A stretch of DNA of 64,000 nt from Candidatus Aenigmatarchaeota archaeon (GTDB lineage: Archaea; Aenigmatarchaeota; Aenigmatarchaeia; GW2011-AR5). Where the stretch lies: NCBI GenBank assembly GCA_016187335.1, contig JACPJW010000002.1, forward strand, positions 1 to 64,000, written 5' to 3'. Within the stretch, counting starts at the first letter, position 1. Every line of letters begins with the position of its first letter. This document shows positions 18,398 to 26,289 of this stretch, piece after piece. The notes below the pieces were generated by a model. That model had not been told where the DNA came from, did not search any database, and saw only the letters and a list, made by a program, of their open reading frames with translations. A program made the position numbers and the translations under genes.

Positions 18398-18686
18398 GTT
18401 AAGCACCCAGATCTTTTTCATAAGTCTCCAAGTCTTTTTCAGCAGTTTCAAGCACGCCAGGTAATGAGTCTCCTCTTGTTAGGACGTAAACTCTACCTTC
18501 TTTGACATAAAACAATGCCGGTATCCCATCTCTGCTTGCGATAAATGATGACAATCCAGACTCGTCCTGATGGGCCCTTGCAAGCGCATAAAATTCCTCC
18601 GTTGAAAATCTTGTAAGGAATGCTCCAAATCTTCTTCTTAGTTCTATCATCGTGCCTTCCTCTTTTTTTTGGCCATGTTAAGCACC
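18386..18686. repeat. 22-bp direct repeat (18386-18407 and 18665-18686) duplicating the S19 RBS and start
   Basis: TTTTTTGGCCATGTTAAGCACC present twice, flanking the 83-aa ORF. Confidence 0.9.
18399..18650 (-). CDS. Hypothetical protein inserted between L2 and S19
   Basis: 83 aa; ends GGT GCT TAA inside the repeat. Confidence 0.7.
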   Translation of the reverse strand: MIELRRRFGAFLTRFSTEEFYALARAHQDESGLSSFIASRDGIPALFYVKEGRVYVLTRGDSLPGVLETAEKDLETYEKDLGA

Positions 18687-18971
18687 AATTTTTTGTTTAG
18701 ATTTACTGTTCCTGAAACACCCTATTGCATAATTTATTTCATCTTCGCTTGGAATACGCGGATTATAGCCCAGTTTGTCTGTAGCTTCTGCGTCCATAAC
18801 GACTTGGCCGTCTTCCAGTCGGAAGTTTACCCTCATAACCGCAATTTCTTCTCCTTTTTTGATTTCGTATGCAGTGCAAATGCCCAGTTCAGGTATATGT
18901 CCTACTATATCCAAAAATTCCTGTTCTGCCATACCAGTCTGATACCCTTTCAATGGATAAGACATTCCCAT
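18678..18971 (-). CDS. Hypothetical protein inserted between L2 and S19
   Basis: 97 aa from an ATG overlapping the L2 stop (TGATG); ends GGT GCT TAA inside the repeat. Confidence 0.7.
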   Translation of the reverse strand: MGMSYPLKGYQTGMAEQEFLDIVGHIPELGICTAYEIKKGEEIAVMRVNFRLEDGQVVMDAEATDKLGYNPRIPSEDEINYAIGCFRNSKSKQKIGA

Positions 18972-19675
18972 CAAGCCTTCCTCTTCTTCTTGCCCATGCG
19001 CCTTGGGGAAATTGAGCCTACTTTCTTTCCCGGCGGCATGTGCCTTGAAACGCTCTTGACTTTTCCCGGCCTCGTCTGGCCGCCGAACGGATGGTTGACG
19101 GCATTCTTTGCCACTCCCCTTGTCCTCGGCCATAATCTGTTCAGCGTCCGCATTGCGTAAAACTTCGTTCCGGCTTTCATGAACGGCTTCTCAATCCGCC
19201 CGGACGAAGCGGCGCTTCCCATGGTTGCCCTGCAGTCTGCAGAAAGCGTCTTCTTTTCCTTTGACGGAAGCAGAATAATGGCTTTATTCTCTTCCCTGGA
19301 AATCATCATCGCGAATGTGCCTGAAGACCTGCATATTCTTCCGCCGTCTCCGGGGATCAGCTCAATATTGTAAACCTTGCTTCCTTCCGGTATTTTCTTG
19401 AGGGGCAGTATGTTCCCTTCCCTTGCCTCTTCAAAGCTGACGGGCTGCCCGACAAACATTCCCTCGTGCGCTATCTGCAGAAACTTCTGGCCGCTGAAAT
19501 CTATGACAGCCACGGGCGTCGTCTTTCCCGGCGCGTCAATGATATCTTTAACAACGCCGAACCGCGCTTCTTTCGGCAAATATTGGTAACTGACCTTGCC
19601 GATAAAGCGGTGGCCGGGCGACCTGTACCTCGGGCTGCCTTTGCCGCGCCTCTGCTGAATCAGATTTTTGCCCAT
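18971..19675 (-). CDS. rpl2: 50S ribosomal protein L2 (uL2)
   Basis: MGKNLIQQRRGKGSP, PGDGGRICRSSG, WPRTRGVAKNAVNHPFGG. Confidence 0.98.
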   Translation of the reverse strand: MGKNLIQQRRGKGSPRYRSPGHRFIGKVSYQYLPKEARFGVVKDIIDAPGKTTPVAVIDFSGQKFLQIAHEGMFVGQPVSFEEAREGNILPLKKIPEGSKVYNIELIPGDGGRICRSSGTFAMMISREENKAIILLPSKEKKTLSADCRATMGSAASSGRIEKPFMKAGTKFYAMRTLNRLWPRTRGVAKNAVNHPFGGQTRPGKVKSVSRHMPPGKKVGSISPRRMGKKKRKA

Positions 19676-19677
19676 GA

Positions 19678-19896
19678 TTATTCACTTTCCTTTAATTCAA
19701 AATAAATTTCTCTCCCTCTGGACAGAACAACGTACTCATCAACCATCTGTGCGTGTGAGTTGTTACAGCCTCTATATTGGACCATCAGATCATTTCCATG
19801 CAGTTGAAGTATCAGTCCCGATACCATTCTCTGAATATCTCTGAACATTTCCGTTTCCTCTGCAGGAACTATCCAGCATCTTTCTACCAAGCTCAT
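19678..19896 (-). CDS. Hypothetical protein inserted between L23 and L2
   Basis: 72 aa, fills the gap exactly, GAGG SD. Confidence 0.65.
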   Translation of the reverse strand: MSLVERCWIVPAEETEMFRDIQRMVSGLILQLHGNDLMVQYRGCNNSHAQMVDEYVVLSRGREIYFELKESE

Positions 19897-19905
19897 TTTC
19901 CCGCC

Positions 19906-20349
19906 TCAGATTATTCCCAGCCTTATCGCTATCTCGCCGGCTTCCCCTTCCTTCGCGAATTTCACGAAAGCCTTTTTTCTTCCTTCCTGGTCTATCGTCG
20001 TCGTCACGCCGTTCACCTTCGTATTGAAAACATCCTCGGCCGCTTTTTTTATCTCGTTTTTTGCCGAACCCCTGTCAACTATGAACACCAGCTTGTTCTG
20101 CGTTTCAATGAGCTGGACGGCCTTCTCGGTCATGAGGACGAACTTCAGTGTGTCAAGGGAATCCTTCGCTGAAACATCTTTCACGGCCGGAACTTCTTTC
20201 GAACCCTCTGCTTTTTCCGTTTTGTTTCCTGCCCCGCCTTTCAAGAACGGGACGTACTTTCTGATTCTGCTTTCTTTCTTGGCCATGCCTGCCTTTTCCG
20301 TTTTGCTCTCTGCGCCAGCCTTTGATTCTGCTTTTGTTTTTTCTGCCAC
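19906..20349 (-). CDS. rpl23: 50S ribosomal protein L23 (uL23) with N-terminal extension
   Basis: LMTEKAVQLIETQNKLVFIVD, KKAFVKF, IAIRLGII. Confidence 0.95.
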   Translation of the reverse strand: MAEKTKAESKAGAESKTEKAGMAKKESRIRKYVPFLKGGAGNKTEKAEGSKEVPAVKDVSAKDSLDTLKFVLMTEKAVQLIETQNKLVFIVDRGSAKNEIKKAAEDVFNTKVNGVTTTIDQEGRKKAFVKFAKEGEAGEIAIRLGII

Positions 20350-20355
20350 GATTGT

Positions 20356-21168
20356 TCACCGTTCTTTTCCTTTTGATAAAACTTTTTTTGAAAAGTTGTC
20401 GAGTGCCGATTTTGTCATCACGACAAGGCGCCCTGCGTTTGCGCCCGGAGCGAGGTGCTCGGCATTTAATTCGTCAGCACTGACGGCGTCGACGCCCGGT
20501 ATGTTTGCAGCGGCTTTGAGCAGCGCGCATTTTTTCGCGGCAATGAGCAGCGGGCCTTTCTTCCTTTTGTATTTCCTGCCCCGCATCTTCCCCCGTCCTG
20601 CCCTCACCTTTTTCTCGGCGCAGCGCTCCAGTTCTTTTTCCAGGCCGAGCGAAGCCAGGATTTTTCTCGCTTCCTTTGCCTTGCTTACGTTCTCGAAGTC
20701 ATCGACAATAACCAAAGGGACATCGCCGGCATATTCGTGTCCTCTTGCCGCGACAAGATCTTTCATCGCTGCTGCCGACAGCGCGGAATGCAGCGCAAGC
20801 AGCTTTTCTTTCTTATTCACATCCTGGGCCCAGTTCTTCTCCGCTTTTGGCGGGTGAGCCCTTCTTCCCTTGACCGCCTGCGGAGAGAAGCGCCCGCGGA
20901 ACGCCATGTACCCCGCGCCCTTTCCGTGTATGCGCGGCAATCTTGACATCTCCTTGTTCATCATCGCGAACCTGTATTTCCTGCGGCCGTGGTAGTGCGC
21001 GCTTGTTCTTTTTCCCGCCAGCGGGTCGGTGCCGTACCTTTGCCTTTTTTTCGACTGCAATGACAGCACGACGCGCTTTATGACGTCCGGGCGGTATGCA
21101 GTTGCGAATACCTGCGGCAACTCTATTTCACCGACAGCTTTTCCGGACAAATCGTATAGTTTAGGCAT
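20356..21168 (-). CDS. rpl4: 50S ribosomal protein L4 (uL4)
   Basis: YRPDVIKR, PQAVKGRRAHPPKAEK, LAPGANAGRL. Confidence 0.97.
   Translation of the reverse strand: MPKLYDLSGKAVGEIELPQVFATAYRPDVIKRVVLSLQSKKRQRYGTDPLAGKRTSAHYHGRRKYRFAMMNKEMSRLPRIHGKGAGYMAFRGRFSPQAVKGRRAHPPKAEKNWAQDVNKKEKLLALHSALSAAAMKDLVAARGHEYAGDVPLVIVDDFENVSKAKEARKILASLGLEKELERCAEKKVRAGRGKMRGRKYKRKKGPLLIAAKKCALLKAAANIPGVDAVSADELNAEHLAPGANAGRLVVMTKSALDNFSKKVLSKGKER
20371..20398. repeat. Family A element inside the L4 C-terminal coding sequence
   Basis: TTTTGATAAAACTTTTTTTGAAAAGTTG, translated on the minus strand as NFSKKVLSK. Confidence 0.8.
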
Positions 21169-21394
21169 GATTATCACTTCTCGGTCCAAAAGCGTACAAA
21201 CCTATCACGATGTCTTCATCATGAAGTGGCATGTATACTTTCAGGGAACGTCTGCCGCCTTCGCAAGTATCCTTCACTTCAAAAGGTTCCGGATGTTTCT
21301 GTTTCCACGCATTATCCATATAAGCTCTTATTTCCCGAATTACCGCGCCGGCATTCTGCTCATCCAAAGGTATCGTGATTGTTATTTGACCCAT
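21161..21394 (-). CDS. Hypothetical protein inserted between L3 and L4
   Basis: 77 aa; its stop overlaps the L4 start; GAGGG SD. Confidence 0.65.
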   Translation of the reverse strand: MGQITITIPLDEQNAGAVIREIRAYMDNAWKQKHPEPFEVKDTCEGGRRSLKVYMPLHDEDIVIGLYAFGPRSDNHA

Positions 21395-21413
21395 TTTCTC
21401 GCCCTCGTTATTC

Positions 21414-22376
21414 TTACTTCCCCTGCTTGCTTTCTGTTGATATGTATTTTATTTCTGCCGGGATGAACCGCTGCTCGCGCACTGCCTTGCGCAGCCTGAC
21501 AAGCCTTTTGCGCGATCCCGGGACAGAGCCCTCTATTAATATAAACGTCCCGGGGACAACGCCGTAGCCTAAAAGCCCTCCCGTTGCGTTTGCCTTGCCG
21601 GCGTCGCCGTCTATCATCAGAACCCTTTTGTTCAGCTCCGTTCTTGTGAAAAGCCCGTACTGGCCTGCGGCGGGCACTCTCCAGTCAACATGCCTCGGGA
21701 CTGTCGAGCCGATGCTTCCAACGTGGCGGTGCATCTGCTTGTCCTTTCTTGTCTGTATCCTTATGCCAAATCGCTTCACAGGCCCCATGTAGCCGTGGCC
21801 TTTTGTCACGGCTGAGACGTCCACGAATTCCCCGCTTTTCATGACATCGGCAGCGCTGAGCTCTTTGCCCAAAAGCGATTCGCAGTATTCCTTTTTCTTC
21901 GAAAAATCGCCGCCGACAGCTATCTCAAATATCTCCGGCTTTTTTTTCCGCATGCCGGATTTTCCCGGCTGCGTTGCAACAAGCAGGCGGACGTCATCGC
22001 CTTCTTTCAATTCATCTGAAGACGACTGCCTTGATTTCTTTTCTATATTCAGCTCTTTCGGTATCTTGTCGGTGATTTTCTGCGAAGCGGTTATCAGGCC
22101 GGAAGAAGATTTTTTATAAAGCCTGTAACCGAGAACAAAAAGAGAAGGAGCGTCGAGGATGGTTGCGGGAACGCTGATGGTCTTTCCGTATGTGGGTGAG
22201 CGGTTATTATTGTCAATGAGCTGGACGTGCGTCATTCCAGCCTTGTAGCCGGCGAAGCCCAGCGGCTTTACATCCTTCGCATGCGGCCAGTGGGAAATCC
22301 TTGTGTAGATTCTCCTGGCTCTTTTCCTGGGCCAGTACTGCAGCGACCCCCTTCTCGGCCTTCTTCTCGTCGGCAT
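21414..22376 (-). CDS. rpl3: 50S ribosomal protein L3 (uL3)
   Basis: RPRRGSLQYWPRKRA, GFAGYKAGMTH, VTKGHGYMGPVKRFG, GSVPGSRKRL. Confidence 0.98.
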   Translation of the reverse strand: MPTRRRPRRGSLQYWPRKRARRIYTRISHWPHAKDVKPLGFAGYKAGMTHVQLIDNNNRSPTYGKTISVPATILDAPSLFVLGYRLYKKSSSGLITASQKITDKIPKELNIEKKSRQSSSDELKEGDDVRLLVATQPGKSGMRKKKPEIFEIAVGGDFSKKKEYCESLLGKELSAADVMKSGEFVDVSAVTKGHGYMGPVKRFGIRIQTRKDKQMHRHVGSIGSTVPRHVDWRVPAAGQYGLFTRTELNKRVLMIDGDAGKANATGGLLGYGVVPGTFILIEGSVPGSRKRLVRLRKAVREQRFIPAEIKYISTESKQGK

Positions 22377-22704
22377 GATTCACCACTTTTGCGCTTGATA
22401 GTCTCTCCGCTAATTTCCGAAATGCAAAGTTAACCCGCAAGGATTTCTGACCCCTGCAAGAACCGCTCGGAGAATTCTGATTCCCCGCGAATCGTAAGAG
22501 CAAGAATTAGTTAAAGAAAAAAGTATTTAAAGTGGAGAAACTCGGAAGCCAATTCAGATTCGAATGTGCGGAAACGGCGGCAATGCAGGCGTCATGCCCC
22601 TCATTAGCATAAGGCTTGGCGTGGGCAGAACGCAATCGTATGAAACTGGAGCAAAGTGAAGCAGCTCGGGCAGTTTCCAATGAATATCATTTCACAGCCT
22701 CGTT

Positions 22705-23037
22705 TTAGTGCAGTATGCCATCAAAACTTCCGAACTGTGCGGTGTAAGCAATGAAATCTGGGATAAGTCTCTTGACATCGTCTTCTCGTCCTTCTGCTAC
22801 AAGCCAGTATCCATTTTTACCGTCTGGGCGCATGCCGGATTTCACGCAAAATAAAGACGGGTTTGCTTTGGTGTATCTGTTGGCAGCTATTTCCAGATCC
22901 ACACTATCTCCTTTCCATGAAAAAGGAACTCCGGTAGAAAAACCTTTTCTGTTTTGGGAAATCCGTCTGGGGTCATAAGTCAAACGTATTATTGGAGAAT
23001 AAGAAGTTCCCACATCTTCTTTGTCTATAAGAACCAT
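22705..23037 (-). CDS. Hypothetical protein
   Basis: 110 aa open frame co-oriented with its neighbours; no motif recognised. Confidence 0.6.
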   Translation of the reverse strand: MVLIDKEDVGTSYSPIIRLTYDPRRISQNRKGFSTGVPFSWKGDSVDLEIAANRYTKANPSLFCVKSGMRPDGKNGYWLVAEGREDDVKRLIPDFIAYTAQFGSFDGILH

Positions 23038-23054
23038 TTGGATCCGTTCCTTTA

Positions 23055-25196
23055 TTACCCGTACATGACCTTCAGAAAGGCCTTGTCGCGCACGGCGGAA
23101 TTTTCCTGGGCAGTGAAGCGCAGCGTGTTGAATTCCTGGAGCATGTTCCTGCTTATCTCGCCCTCGACAGGGATGTCGTTGAGCGTGGCCTTTGCGCCCG
23201 CAGGTATTTCAGCCTGTCCGCCGCTTACCCCGCTTAGCGCAGGCAGCGCGAAGCTGAACTCGTTGCTCTGCTCAGTTCTTTCCTTGTATACAACCGTGAC
23301 GCGGACGTCGTAGAAGTTTGACTCCCAGAAGCGCAGTATTCCCGGCGGTTCAGCCCTGACTTTTATTTCTCCTTCAAAATCCTCGCCCACGGGGATGACG
23401 TATGTCCCCCTGTCGGCTTCGCTCCTGAAAACCTCGTCGCTGTCCAGTGAAATCACTAAATCGTTCTTGTTGTTGGTATCCCTTACCTCTAACATAATTT
23501 TTTCCACGCGGGATTTCGGGACATTTATTTTCAGCTCGCTGCCGAGAAATAAACCGGCGGAAACCCTTTTCCTTGCCGATATGTTTTTTTCCTCTATGAC
23601 ATTCTTGACGTCGACGTTGAACTCAAACGTTTTTTCCGCGCCGTCGCCGCCGTTGAGCAGTATAGAAACCGTGTCCGGGGAAAGGTCTATGAGGCCTTCC
23701 TGGTTCTTCGCGTTCAGCGTTGCTATGAATGTTTCCTTCTTGTCCGAGCGGTAAACGTGCTTCACTGTATGGAAAATCTCGCTCAGCGGAAGAGCCTGCG
23801 AAGCGCCGTCGCCGAAATCAAGGCTGCACTGGGTAAGGTGTTTTGACAGATCAGTGCAGTGAGCGGTGAACGTGACTTCCAGAGGCGACGCGCCGCTTTG
23901 CGGAGTTGCGGAAAGAACAGTGTGCGGAGCCCTGCCGACATCGGTTTCTGCGGTTACCTGGATAGTTGTGGGCGTCGGGTCTGTCAGGCCGTCGCTGTTC
24001 GTCGCCCTCAGCTTTGCCTTGAACTGCTGGTCGTCAAGCCTTGTGTTCACGTAAACATGCCTGACTTCCTGCACCTTCTTCGTGTTGAGCAGGGTTTCTT
24101 CATTTCCGTCGCCGAATTCCAGCACGCAAGAAGCAATATCAACAAGCGCGTCGTCGCATTTCGCGACAAAATTGACTTCCAGAGGCGACCTTCCTCTTTT
24201 CGGGAAGGCATCTAAATCTGTCTGAGGGCTTTTATCCAGGCCGGGCGTTACCGTTATCAGCCTTGTCGCGGGAGTGCTGTCCGAAGCCCCTTTGTCGTCT
24301 CTTGCCTTCAGGACAACGGCGCGGATTACGTTGAACTTCGCGGTATTCACATAAGTGTGCATTACGGACTGCGGCGAAGGAACGTTCTTCAATACAGCCG
24401 TTTCCCCGTCGCCGAATTCCAGCTCGCAGCTTGTGACGGAACCATCAGCATCGCTGCATTTCACGATGAAAGTTGTCTGCAGCGGCGATGTCCCCGAAAC
24501 CGGCAAAGCTGTCAGCTCTGTCTGCGGCTCAATATTGACCGAGGAAACGCCGATAGCAGCTATCGCCGGCGTCTGGTCCTGGGCGCCCATGTCGTCCACG
24601 GCGGACAGGGTTGCTATGTAATTTCCTTCTTTCAGGTAAGTATGCTGGACTGTCTGCGGTATCTGTATTTTAGAAAGTATTTGCGTCTTGCCGTCGCCGA
24701 AACTGAGGATACAGCTGGCGATCAGCCCGTCAGGGTCCTGGCACAGCGCTGTGAAAACAGCCGTGAGCGGCGCAATGCCGGATATAGGCGTTGAAGCCAG
24801 AGTAGTCTCGGGCAGCTTGTTCGGTGCCGGAGCAGGAGGCGTGCCTGTGAAGACTATCGTTCCTGTCGTGGTGAATGTTCCCCGCAGGATCCCTGTAAAT
24901 GTTCCGCTGCCCGTGAATGTACCGGAACCCGCGCATGTTCCCGTGCCCGTTATGACTACTGAACCGGGCGTTATCGTTGCCGTAAATGTTCCGCTGCCCG
25001 AAGTCGTGCATGTGCCGGTAATGCTGAACGTTCCCGTGCCGCTGAACACCACCGTGCCTGTGAATGTTCCCGTTGTTGTCACAGGCGGAAAATCAGCCGG
25101 GCTGAATGTCGTGACGCCGATCCTGACGGCAGCGGCTTCGGCAGCTGTGGCCAGAAGAACCAGAATAACGGAAGCCGCGATTATTATTTCAGCCAT
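23055..25196 (-). CDS. Secreted/surface protein with four PKD-like Ig repeats and a Thr/Gly-rich N-terminal region
   Basis: Signal peptide MAEIIIAASVILVLLATAAEA; repeats of the form 'P.SG..PL.V.F...C.D.DG.I.SC.L.FGDG....V.HTY'. Confidence 0.88.
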   Translation of the reverse strand: MAEIIIAASVILVLLATAAEAAAVRIGVTTFSPADFPPVTTTGTFTGTVVFSGTGTFSITGTCTTSGSGTFTATITPGSVVITGTGTCAGSGTFTGSGTFTGILRGTFTTTGTIVFTGTPPAPAPNKLPETTLASTPISGIAPLTAVFTALCQDPDGLIASCILSFGDGKTQILSKIQIPQTVQHTYLKEGNYIATLSAVDDMGAQDQTPAIAAIGVSSVNIEPQTELTALPVSGTSPLQTTFIVKCSDADGSVTSCELEFGDGETAVLKNVPSPQSVMHTYVNTAKFNVIRAVVLKARDDKGASDSTPATRLITVTPGLDKSPQTDLDAFPKRGRSPLEVNFVAKCDDALVDIASCVLEFGDGNEETLLNTKKVQEVRHVYVNTRLDDQQFKAKLRATNSDGLTDPTPTTIQVTAETDVGRAPHTVLSATPQSGASPLEVTFTAHCTDLSKHLTQCSLDFGDGASQALPLSEIFHTVKHVYRSDKKETFIATLNAKNQEGLIDLSPDTVSILLNGGDGAEKTFEFNVDVKNVIEEKNISARKRVSAGLFLGSELKINVPKSRVEKIMLEVRDTNNKNDLVISLDSDEVFRSEADRGTYVIPVGEDFEGEIKVRAEPPGILRFWESNFYDVRVTVVYKERTEQSNEFSFALPALSGVSGGQAEIPAGAKATLNDIPVEGEISRNMLQEFNTLRFTAQENSAVRDKAFLKVMYG

Positions 25197-25238
25197 GTTC
25201 TTTGAAGAAAGAAGCCTTGACCTGGCTCTTGATTTTCC

Positions 25239-25266
25239 TTTTGATCGAACTTTTTGGAAATGTTCA
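25239..25266. repeat. Family A element, one mismatch
   Basis: TTTTGATCGAACTTTTTGGAAATGTTCA. Confidence 0.75.
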
Positions 25267-25361
25267 TTTGTCATTTTCAAGTAAATACACCCCGACAAGA
25301 TAATAGACAAGGCGAAAGGATAAAAAGTCAACGCCGTAATGCGCCCGCCATGCGGGCGTGA

Positions 25362-25808
25362 TTACGAGCCGCGAAGTTCGTCAAGGTATTTTCTAAGCTC
25401 TCCGGTAAGATGTTCTCTCCAGATTACCTTTACGGTTTCTGGAAGTTCCGGCTCAGTGTGTTCATTAGAAATCACGGCATAATTAAAACGGTCGCCGCAA
25501 TACGCTGTCTTCAGAATCCGGTCAAGAGAAAGAGGAGCTGACGGATCCCTGTACTGGTCACTCGGTTGATTTGTCCTCGGGAAACTTCTGTCGGAGATAT
25601 ATAGGCTAAATCTCCGCTGTTGGATTTCACCTAGAGCAGCTTCGTAACTGCCGGCTTCCTGGGAAGCATAGTTGCGGTTATTTAGAACAGCCCTGACAAT
25701 TCTTAACTCGTCACCTTGAAGCCCTACAAGGAGTGCCGACCTTCTTCCAGACGCCGGTGCGTGTATCGCCGGTTTTTGCTCACGCTCCAAGATCATCGAC
25801 ATTGTCAT
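25362..25808 (-). CDS. Stand-alone receiver (CheY-like) domain protein, degenerate
   Basis: ALLVG...VRAVLNNRNYASQEAGSYEAALGEIQQRRFSLYISDRSFP follows the receiver beta1-to-beta3 pattern. Confidence 0.55.
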   Translation of the reverse strand: MTMSMILEREQKPAIHAPASGRRSALLVGLQGDELRIVRAVLNNRNYASQEAGSYEAALGEIQQRRFSLYISDRSFPRTNQPSDQYRDPSAPLSLDRILKTAYCGDRFNYAVISNEHTEPELPETVKVIWREHLTGELRKYLDELRGS

Positions 25809-25901
25809 TGGAACGCATTAAACAGAAAACCTATTTAAAATTAGACTGGATTTTATTTCGTGATTGCAGCGTGATTAGTTCTTTTCCGCCAGCGCTTTTT
25901 C

Positions 25902-25931
25902 TTTTTGATCAAACTTTTTCCTAAAAAGTTT
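25902..25931. repeat. Family A element just downstream of tRNA-Ile
   Basis: TTTTTGATCAAACTTTTT-CCT-AAAAAGTTT. Confidence 0.9.
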
Positions 25932-25943
25932 GAAAGGGCTGGA

Positions 25944-26181
25944 TGGGACGGACCCGATTTTCATGAACTTTCCCTTTTGATTGGACTTTTTGGAAAAGTT
26001 CAATTTGAACGGGCGACCTTCCGATTATCAGTCGGATGCTCTAGTTGCCCCGCCCTTTCCTTGTTTTCTTTCCGTGCATTCTTTTTCTTTCCGTGCATTC
26101 TTTTTCTTTCCGTGCATTCTTTTTCTTTCCGTGCACGCTTTCTTTTCTAAAGAAAGGGTGCCCAGGCTAAGCTACCGTCCC
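25944..26181 (-). tRNA. tRNA-Ile: tRNA-Ile(GAT) with two non-canonical introns: D-loop 19/20 (26045-26161) and T-loop 59/60 (25958-26003)
   Basis: Acceptor GGGACGG/CCGTCCC, anticodon arm TCCGA-CTGATAA-TCGGA, T-arm GCCCG-TTCAAAT-CGGGT. The T-loop intron has a perfect BHB (TTCA/TGAA, AAT bulges); the D-loop intron has a near-BHB. Confidence 0.92.
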
Positions 26182-26289
26182 GCAAGCTTATCTTTCATTC
26201 ACGGGATTTTTAAATAAATAGTATTTTCTCCTAGGGATGAGTAGAAGATGAAAACCTCAGAGAAGTTCGAAGGGCTTTAATTTTCCTTC

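Noticed and set aside
13522-20857. Long plus-strand ORFs such as 13522-14334 and 20024-20857
   Set aside because: Antisense shadows of ribosomal protein genes with no protein-like motifs
22603-22690. 28-aa Cys-containing ORF (MIFIGNCPSCF...) upstream of L3
   Set aside because: Too short, with no complete second CxxC and no recognisable family
26060-26135. 19-nt repeats as a CRISPR array
   Set aside because: The units are directly adjacent with no spacers, lie inside a tRNA intron, and no cas genes are in the window
25905-26217. ORFs 25905-26150 and 25981-26217
   Set aside because: They are translations of tRNA-Ile and its repeats
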